Shown one piece after another: positions 57,315-64,000 of a stretch of DNA of 64,000 nucleotides. A model generated the notes under the pieces. The model saw only the letters and a list, made by a program, of their open reading frames with translations, searched no databases and was not told the origin of the DNA. How positions within the stretch are numbered: position 1 is the first letter of the stretch; every line of letters starts with the position of its first letter. The translations under genes and the position numbers were made by a program. The DNA is from Gemmatimonadales bacterium (lineage in GTDB: Bacteria; Gemmatimonadota; Gemmatimonadetes; Gemmatimonadales; GWC2-71-9), in the NCBI GenBank assembly GCA_041615815.1, contig JBFJCP010000011.1, positions 47,684-111,683 of the forward strand, read 5' to 3'.

Positions 57315-59065
57315 CCCGTTCCCTACTCGCTGCCGTCCTGGTGGTCGCGGCATGCGCTGCGGAGCCCCCGGAACCAGACAGCGAGGTCGTGTACCGGCTC
57401 GCTCCGCCCACGTGGTTCGAGGACGGATGGAGCTACTACGACGTGGCCCCGGACGGGCGACAAGTAGTGTTCGGTGCGCGCTTTGGTGTGCGCCTGTTCG
57501 ACTTACAGGGACGTGAAGAACAGACTCGGCTCGCTTCGGGACTCGACCAGGTGCGCGGGGCGGCATTCACCGACATGGGATCCCTCGTTCGCAACGGGAC
57601 ACGATCTGGTAAGACCGGTTGGTACGCAGGCCCGGGGGGCGAGGAGCTCCTGCCGCTCCCGCCGGATGTCGTCCCGACGTGGAAGGGATCGCGAGTCGCA
57701 TACTTTCGACGCGGAGCCGCCGGGCTGTTCGCCGGATCGTTGGACGATCCCGCGTACCACGCGACGGACGGTGCGGTGACGGGCATCGCCTGGTCTGCCC
57801 ATGGCGATCTCGTGTTCGCCATGGTTTTTCATCCGGACGGCAAGTCATCATTGGTGGCCCTCCATCCCACCACCGGCCTGGTCGAGAAAGTCCGGGACGA
57901 TCTCGATGCCACCAGTCGTTTCAATTCGATTGGTGTCGCGCCCGATGGACTCCGGGTCTTCATTGCGCTCGCAAGCCCCAACCTCCCGGATGACGAGGCG
58001 CGACACCAGCCAAGTGCCGACCGGGACATGGATATCTACCAGCTCCACTTGGAGACCAAGACGCTGGAGCTCGTGGTGCAGGAGCCCGGCGACGACTTCT
58101 ACCCGACCGTCGTGGGCGGGCACCTCTACTGGACGCACAATGAGATCCGGGACGACGTCGTCGTGTTGCCCCGAACCGGTGGCGAAACCACCGTGGTGAT
58201 CCAAGACGGACAGATTCCCTACTGGAGTACCGACGGCACCAGTATCGGGTTCACGCACGGCGGGTGGCGCATCGCGGATTGGGCACTCAACCTCGACGTG
58301 GCAGTGGTCACTATCGACGCCGACGGCCAAGCGGTAGCAGAGCCGGTTCCGTTGGTCACCGGCTATCATGAGGATTTTACGCCCGCCTGGTCGCCCGATG
58401 GACGCTGGATGGCCTACCACTCGCATCGAGCCACGGGACCCGTACCCGCGTATTCCGCTGAAGGAAGCACCGATGACTTGTATTTGATGCGTGCCGGAAC
58501 GACGGCGGCGGAGGAGATACGACTCACCGACTTCGGGTGGGAGGTGGGCATGGCGGATTGGGCGCCCGACAGCAGGCGCCTGATCTTCGATTCATGGCAA
58601 CGCGACGCACCCGGTGTCGCTCAACCGTGGGTCGCCACGATCGACACGGAGACCGGACACCTCGTCAACGCTGAGCGGCTCGCTCTGCCCCCGGGGTTCC
58701 GGGGCACCCTGCTGGCGGCCTGGTCACCCAAGGGCGAGGAGATTGCGCTCGTCGAACGCGTGGAGGGCCAGCATCAAGCGCTCTGGATCACGTCGCTCGA
58801 CGGAGCACGTGCTGAAAAGCTCCTGGAGTTCCGCAGCAGCACGTATGGTGGTGTCGATTGGACGCCGGACGGGGAGCATCTGATTTTTGGCGCGCTTGCA
58901 GATGATAGAATGCAGTTGTTCTCGCTCCATCGAAGCGGAAAAGACCTCGAGCAGCTCACCGAGGATCCCGCAAGCTTGATTCAACCACAGGTTTCGCCTG
59001 ACGGCCGCTGGATCGCCGCCACCCGCCTGCACCGCGCCAAGGAGCTGCGTCGGCAGCCGCTATGA
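57311..59065 (+). CDS. TolB-like (PD40) beta-propeller lipoprotein
   Basis: Repeated PAWSPDG, WAPDS, WTPDG and SPDGRW motifs; lipobox VAAC. Confidence 0.85.
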   Translation: MTRSLLAAVLVVAACAAEPPEPDSEVVYRLAPPTWFEDGWSYYDVAPDGRQVVFGARFGVRLFDLQGREEQTRLASGLDQVRGAAFTDMGSLVRNGTRSGKTGWYAGPGGEELLPLPPDVVPTWKGSRVAYFRRGAAGLFAGSLDDPAYHATDGAVTGIAWSAHGDLVFAMVFHPDGKSSLVALHPTTGLVEKVRDDLDATSRFNSIGVAPDGLRVFIALASPNLPDDEARHQPSADRDMDIYQLHLETKTLELVVQEPGDDFYPTVVGGHLYWTHNEIRDDVVVLPRTGGETTVVIQDGQIPYWSTDGTSIGFTHGGWRIADWALNLDVAVVTIDADGQAVAEPVPLVTGYHEDFTPAWSPDGRWMAYHSHRATGPVPAYSAEGSTDDLYLMRAGTTAAEEIRLTDFGWEVGMADWAPDSRRLIFDSWQRDAPGVAQPWVATIDTETGHLVNAERLALPPGFRGTLLAAWSPKGEEIALVERVEGQHQALWITSLDGARAEKLLEFRSSTYGGVDWTPDGEHLIFGALADDRMQLFSLHRSGKDLEQLTEDPASLIQPQVSPDGRWIAATRLHRAKELRRQPL

Positions 59066-59116
59066 TGGCAGCGACACCCAAACGGTCGCCAGCCATTCCG
59101 CTGTCGCGACGGCCGA

Positions 59117-59146
59117 TTGACACCTGAGGGGTCCACCCACTAGCCT
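59117..59146 (+). promoter_or_regulatory. Sigma70-type promoter upstream of the FKBP gene
   Basis: TTGACA-N18-TAGCCT. Confidence 0.5.
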
Positions 59147-59246
59147 GCATGAGCTTCGTGGGCGCGAGCGGCGCCCATCCAGTGAACGCCGGAACGACAA
59201 GACCTGGCCTCCGCTGGGTCTTTCCGTTTTGCAAAAGGTGAAACAC

Positions 59247-59942
59247 ATGATCAAGCAATGCATGTGCGTGGCGCTCGCGGTGAGCGTGCTGGGAACCGCG
59301 GCTTGTAACTCGGGGGGAGGCGCTCGCCTCAGCAACTTTCAAGACAGCTCGAGCTACGCCATCGGCATGAACATGGGCACGAGCCTCAAGCGGACGCAGG
59401 CTGATGTTGATGTCGGAGCGCTCGTGCAGGGACTGCGGGATGTGTTGGAAGACCGAGACGGCCGCCTCACCCAAGACCAGGCGGCCGCGGTGCTGCAACA
59501 ACTGACACAAGAACTCGAGCAAGGAGCCGCGGAGGCGCGGGAGATGCTGAGCGAACGAAACCAACAAGAAGGCAACGCCTTCCGAGAAGAAAACGGTGCA
59601 CGGGACGCCGTCACCACGACACGCAGCGGGTTACAGTACGAGGTACTCGAACAGGGAAGCGGGCCAAAACCAACCGCGGCCTCCCGCGTTCGAGTCCACT
59701 ACCGCGGCACGTTGGTCGATGGCAAGGAATTCGACAGTTCGTACGGGCGTGACCCGGTCTCGTTCCGGCTCAACGGAGTGATTCCCGGTTGGACGGAGGC
59801 ACTGCAGCTCATGCCGGTGGGAAGCAAGTATCGGATCGTCCTGCCGCCGGAGCTGGGATACGGTGCGCGCGGCGCTCCGCCGGACATCGGCCCCCACGCG
59901 ACGCTCATCTTCGACGTCGAGCTGCTCGGAATCGAGAACTAG
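59247..59942 (+). CDS. FKBP-type peptidyl-prolyl cis-trans isomerase (FkpA/Mip-like)
   Basis: SYAIG N-domain; SGLQYEV, VHYRGTL.DG.EFDSS, VIPGWTEAL and TLIFDVELL motifs. Confidence 0.95.
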   Translation: MIKQCMCVALAVSVLGTAACNSGGGARLSNFQDSSSYAIGMNMGTSLKRTQADVDVGALVQGLRDVLEDRDGRLTQDQAAAVLQQLTQELEQGAAEAREMLSERNQQEGNAFREENGARDAVTTTRSGLQYEVLEQGSGPKPTAASRVRVHYRGTLVDGKEFDSSYGRDPVSFRLNGVIPGWTEALQLMPVGSKYRIVLPPELGYGARGAPPDIGPHATLIFDVELLGIEN

Positions 59943-60061
59943 CTCCGCGTTACCATTTTCTCCCGAAACATCGCCAGCGGCCACGCGGCCGTGACCCACC
60001 CGATCTCTTAGCAGCGGTCGGGTGGTCGCATTTTCGACCTCCGCTCGCCACCTTTTCCCAC

Positions 60062-60907
60062 ATGGCCTACGCTACCCTCATTACGTCGGAGGAGCTGCAT
60101 TACCACGGGAACGATCCCGCGTGGGCGGTAGTCGATTGCCGTTTCTCGCTGGGCGATTCAGAGCTTGGCCGCCGAAGTTATCTCGAAGCACACGTTCCTG
60201 GTGCCGTCTATGCGCACCTCGACGAGGATCTCTCGGCGCCGGTGGTGCCCGGCAAGACAGGACGCCACCCACTGCCTTCGGTTGCCGCGTTCGCCCACGC
60301 CTTGAGCGGCTGGGGCATCGATCAGCATGTGCAAGTCGTCGCGTACGATGACAGCGGTGGCTCTATCGCTGCCCGACTGTGGTGGATGATTCGGTGGATG
60401 GGTCACGACATGGTGGCCGTGCTGGACGGGGGATTCCCTGCATGGCTCGCCCGCGGTTTCGAGACACGGTCCGGCGTGCAGTCCCGTCCCCGACGAGAAT
60501 TCGAGCCCAGGGTTCGGCCCGCCCTCGTGGCCGATGTCGGGGTCGTGGAGCGAATTCGGAGCGACGCAGCCCACCGTCTGATCGATGCGCGAGGAGCCGA
60601 CCGCTATCGCGGCGAGAACGAAACGATCGACCCGGTGGCAGGCCATATCCCGGGGGCCATCTCCCTTCCGTACGCCGACAACCTTCGAAAGGACGGGACG
60701 TTCCGGCCACCAGAAGAACTGCGAGCGCGCTTTGCCTCGCAGATCGGGGATGTCCCGCTGGACAAGGTGGTGTGCTACTGCGGGTCCGGCGTCACGGCGG
60801 CCCACGATCTCCTCGCCATGGCCCACGGGGGACTCGGAGACGCTCGGCTCTATCCGGGATCGTGGAGTGAATGGATCACGGATCCCGCTCGCCCGGTGGC
60901 ACCTTAG
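60062..60907 (+). CDS. Tandem-rhodanese sulfurtransferase (3-mercaptopyruvate sulfurtransferase, SseA-like)
   Basis: HVPGA, GRHPLP, ARLWW, GHIPGA, active-site CGSGVTA and YPGSWSEW motifs. Confidence 0.93.
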   Translation: MAYATLITSEELHYHGNDPAWAVVDCRFSLGDSELGRRSYLEAHVPGAVYAHLDEDLSAPVVPGKTGRHPLPSVAAFAHALSGWGIDQHVQVVAYDDSGGSIAARLWWMIRWMGHDMVAVLDGGFPAWLARGFETRSGVQSRPRREFEPRVRPALVADVGVVERIRSDAAHRLIDARGADRYRGENETIDPVAGHIPGAISLPYADNLRKDGTFRPPEELRARFASQIGDVPLDKVVCYCGSGVTAAHDLLAMAHGGLGDARLYPGSWSEWITDPARPVAP

Positions 60908-63012
60908 ATCCTCATCGTCTTCGAATACTCCGCGCCCACTCGCCCTCTGCGACACGCATCGGTCAGCATGAAGCCAGCGGAGTGTTTCGATTGAACGGTC
61001 AAGGCCTCTGCGAGCGCTGTCCCGCACGACTGTTGCACACACGCGAAGATGGCCCGTCGCGCCTCGACGGTGGCCGGGCCACCGGCAGGCGGCAGATCCG
61101 GAACGTCGTCCGGGATACCCGACAACGGTTTCGTCGACACCCGGCGCTTTGCCATCCCGTTCTGCCCGGTGGCGAGTTGCCACGTCATCGCCAGCATCTC
61201 GTCCAGCGGCCCCGCGGTATCGATGAGCCACCCTTGGGCTTCGGCCGCACGTACGGATTGTCCGCTCAGGAGCAGCCGGAGGAGCTTTGGCCACGCGTCC
61301 GGCCGCGCCTTTCGGAACGGCCAATGACAGCCCTCCATTCCCGGCACCACGGGCAGCGTGACTTCCGGGAATCCCAACGCCGCATCCTCGACCGCCACGA
61401 CATAGTCACAGTGGACAAAAAGCTCCAACATTCCACCCAAACACCGCTTGCCACCGATGAATCCCACGGAGGTTACGAAGTCATCCGCAAGGCGCCTGGC
61501 GGTTTGCGACCAGTCGTGTGAGACTCGAAAACCTGCGTCCTCGTTCTCCAGCGCCGGATAGAACTCGCTCGTGTCCGCCCCCACCAGTTGCGTGGCGAGG
61601 TGGAAGTCGTGCGAAACGATGACGCGATCAATTCCTTCAGCCCCGAGCCAATCGATGGCACGGTTCAGCTCTAAATCCACATCGCCGTTATACGCTTCGC
61701 GGCCCAGGGTGATGACGCCAACGTGACCATCGTGCTCGGCGTTCACGTAGAGCTGCTGCCATGGCGGTGCGTCGAGCTGCTCGAGAACCTCTGGATGCCA
61801 CGCGCTGGCGGCCGCCGATGGGTACAAGCGGTGATAGGCTTCGACCGTGCGCCGGACCGAATCGGCACCGCGTGTGCGCATGACCGCGAGCATCCCACGC
61901 CGAAACTGCGCGCAGAGCTCGCCGATAATGTTCATCTGCGCCGGATGACTGCGACGTTCGTGAAGCATGAGGCTGGTCATCTGGAACAGCGGCCCCAAGA
62001 TCCACGTGTCGAAATCGTTCTCGCCCGCATCGTTCAGGCTCCAGTCCACGAGTGGCCGAAAGTGATTGGGCGGATACCAGTCCCGTCCCGTGTCCTTGTG
62101 CTCCACCAACTCCTCTGCAGGTGCGAACAGACCGCCGTACTGTTCTCCGAGATGATGGAGACACGACCACGTCAAGAAATTCGCTCCCTTAGCTCCGATG
62201 GCGTCATGGGCTCGGAACGGATTTGGCCCCAGGAGCCGACGCACGTATTTGTCGATCTTCCAGTAGGGCATGTTGCGCGCATGGTGGTACCGGATGCCTG
62301 CGAGGGTCACACCACAAAACAACACGTCGAGCACGAACGACCAGTCGTCGCTCACCTCCATGGGGATGAGCCCGAGAGACCACAGGAGTTGCGTGACGTC
62401 GGTAGGCTCGGGTTCCACAATCTCGTAGACTTTGTTGATCTCGTGTGGGAACGCCGGATGGGCGATGCCGACACCCAACTCCGAACTGGGAAAGCCGGAC
62501 GTGACCGATCGAATGATGATATCGGGGATGGCCTCCCGAAACATCGTATAGTGGGCCTTCTTGATGTCGAGAAGCTCCGGTATCGCTTCCAACAGGAACC
62601 TGGGGCGTAGCTGCTGAAGCTCGCCGGGGAGGTGGTCCCCGTCATAGGTCAACCGCACGATGTTCGCCATGACCCGATCCGCCCGTTCCTTTCCGAAGGC
62701 CCGTACCAGACCGGGATACTGCGTTCCGATTCCATCAGGGGCACCGGGAAAGTCGAGCGCCACGATCGGGACGCCAAAGGGGGTGAGACGCGCACCCAGC
62801 TGCATCGTTTTTCCCGCCCCCACGATCCCATTCGCCCCCGTGACCACCAACGCGCCGCGCTCATGGGGCGGCCCAAAGATCCGCTCCACCAGATCACGGG
62901 CCTGGACCGGGAGGGTTCCGTTGCGAAAGACATTCAGGACCGTTCCGAGCCCGAGGGTCTCCAGCGTGGGTTGTCTGAGTGCCGTCGTCGTGACACTTGC
63001 GGTCGAAGTCAT
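60904..63012 (-). CDS. 3-hydroxyacyl-CoA dehydrogenase-like / enoyl-CoA hydratase fusion
   Basis: N-terminal Rossmann GANGIVG, LEAIPE..K, TSG and H; C-terminal crotonase CLGGMLEL and FPEV...PG; GAGGAG SD. Confidence 0.8.
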   Translation of the reverse strand: MTSTASVTTTALRQPTLETLGLGTVLNVFRNGTLPVQARDLVERIFGPPHERGALVVTGANGIVGAGKTMQLGARLTPFGVPIVALDFPGAPDGIGTQYPGLVRAFGKERADRVMANIVRLTYDGDHLPGELQQLRPRFLLEAIPELLDIKKAHYTMFREAIPDIIIRSVTSGFPSSELGVGIAHPAFPHEINKVYEIVEPEPTDVTQLLWSLGLIPMEVSDDWSFVLDVLFCGVTLAGIRYHHARNMPYWKIDKYVRRLLGPNPFRAHDAIGAKGANFLTWSCLHHLGEQYGGLFAPAEELVEHKDTGRDWYPPNHFRPLVDWSLNDAGENDFDTWILGPLFQMTSLMLHERRSHPAQMNIIGELCAQFRRGMLAVMRTRGADSVRRTVEAYHRLYPSAAASAWHPEVLEQLDAPPWQQLYVNAEHDGHVGVITLGREAYNGDVDLELNRAIDWLGAEGIDRVIVSHDFHLATQLVGADTSEFYPALENEDAGFRVSHDWSQTARRLADDFVTSVGFIGGKRCLGGMLELFVHCDYVVAVEDAALGFPEVTLPVVPGMEGCHWPFRKARPDAWPKLLRLLLSGQSVRAAEAQGWLIDTAGPLDEMLAMTWQLATGQNGMAKRRVSTKPLSGIPDDVPDLPPAGGPATVEARRAIFACVQQSCGTALAEALTVQSKHSAGFMLTDACRRGRVGAEYSKTMRI

Positions 63013-63022
63013 CGTCGTCTCC

Positions 63023-64000
63023 TCACACCACCTGCAGCACGGCTGCGATCCCAATGTCCCCTGCCGCACAACCGAACACGAGCACGTTTCCACCCCCCAA
63101 CGCCACCGCCTCCTCCAACGCCTCGATGATGATCCGCGTGAGCGTGGGCCCTTGCGGATGTCCCCAGACCAGCGAGCACCCGGTCTTGTTCATGCCCCGC
63201 CAATCGTAATCCAACATGCGGGCAAAGATCGCATCGTTCACTGCGAAAGGATTGTGGTTCTTCACGACCGCCATGTCGGCCATCGTCAGATCGAGGCGGC
63301 GTAAGAGTTTTTGGACGGCCAGGGCAGGCGCTTCTGGCATGAGGCTCGGATGGGCCCGCACCTCTGTCTTGCCCAGGATCCGGATATCGATTTCGGGCCG
63401 GGGACTCAGCTCGGCCACACGATCTTTCGTCGCGATCAGCAGGCAGGCCATGCCATCGGAGGCGTGCGTCTGGGTTCCCGACGTCACGCAGGTATCCAGC
63501 TCGCTCATGGACCCGAGGGCATCAGGCGTGACTGGGCGGATACCGAGGTCGTCGTCGATTCGGCCCAAGGGCCGCCCCTGCACGTTGAGCAAGTCCAGCG
63601 GCACGAGCACACGGTCCAAGAAGCCGTTGCTCTTGGCCTCGAAGTACTGCTGGTAGCGGAGATAGGTCAGCTCGTCCACTTCTTGGCGACTGAGCCGGTG
63701 CTTGCGGGCAGCGATCCCGGCCGTGGAGATCATGGCTTGCCCCGTCGCCGGATCGAACCCGAAATTGTCCCACACGTCTGCGAGGGGTACCGTGCGTTGG
63801 TGGGCCCGGCGCTCCGGGAAGACGCCGACGGGTGAGTCACTCGTTCGATCGAAAGTGAGCACCCCGACGACATCGTAGGAACCCGACTCGACTTCGCCAG
63901 CGCCCAGCAGAGTCGCCTGCAGCCCGGTGGCGCACGCCTGCTCCACGTGATACCCGGGGATCCGATGGCCAAGGCAGAATGCCACGAGTGGCGCATTCCA
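63023..64000 (-). CDS. Thiolase family protein (5' end beyond the right edge of the window)
   Basis: EQACATG, SDG, NHNPFAVND, SLVWGHPQGPT and GCAAG motifs; frame open to position 64000. Confidence 0.9.
   Translation of the reverse strand, partial: WNAPLVAFCLGHRIPGYHVEQACATGLQATLLGAGEVESGSYDVVGVLTFDRTSDSPVGVFPERRAHQRTVPLADVWDNFGFDPATGQAMISTAGIAARKHRLSRQEVDELTYLRYQQYFEAKSNGFLDRVLVPLDLLNVQGRPLGRIDDDLGIRPVTPDALGSMSELDTCVTSGTQTHASDGMACLLIATKDRVAELSPRPEIDIRILGKTEVRAHPSLMPEAPALAVQKLLRRLDLTMADMAVVKNHNPFAVNDAIFARMLDYDWRGMNKTGCSLVWGHPQGPTLTRIIIEALEEAVALGGGNVLVFGCAAGDIGIAAVLQVV

Noticed and set aside
59685..59700. GTTCGAGTCC resembling a tRNA T-arm
   Set aside because: Lies inside the FKBP CDS with no cloverleaf context.

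Overview
High-GC, gene-dense bacterial chromosomal segment whose gene content and repeat style suggest Gemmatimonadota (inference). About 70 CDSs; no rRNA, tRNA, CRISPR array, transposase or integrase was recognised. Blocks from left to right: (1) a long, translationally coupled envelope operon (ArnT-like glycosyltransferase, AsnB-like amidotransferase, HD protein, cardiolipin-synthase-like PLD, ECF sigma/anti-sigma/periplasmic His-tailed protein, TolC-MacAB-type exporter, thrB); (2) a minus-strand dipeptidase/RidA/DinB cluster; (3) yggX plus a three-subunit molybdo-flavoenzyme resembling 4-hydroxybenzoyl-CoA reductase (HcrCAB), with Gln at the family's catalytic Glu position; (4) a run of small stress/detox genes (VOC, MGMT-like, TfoX-N); (5) a TTT transporter with a TcuA-like flavoprotein; (6) many exported hydrolases, tandem TauE paralogues, an ERR-repeat zinc-ribbon protein, FKBP and a sulfurtransferase; (7) an atypical thiolase and an HAD-ECH fusion at the right edge. 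Non-gene signals: 7/8/9-mer tandem-repeat palindromes lying in-frame in coding sequence, symmetric TANNNTA bidirectional -10 elements at two divergent junctions, and a VOC gene whose expected start codon reads GCG. All family calls come from motif recognition by eye, not from database searches.
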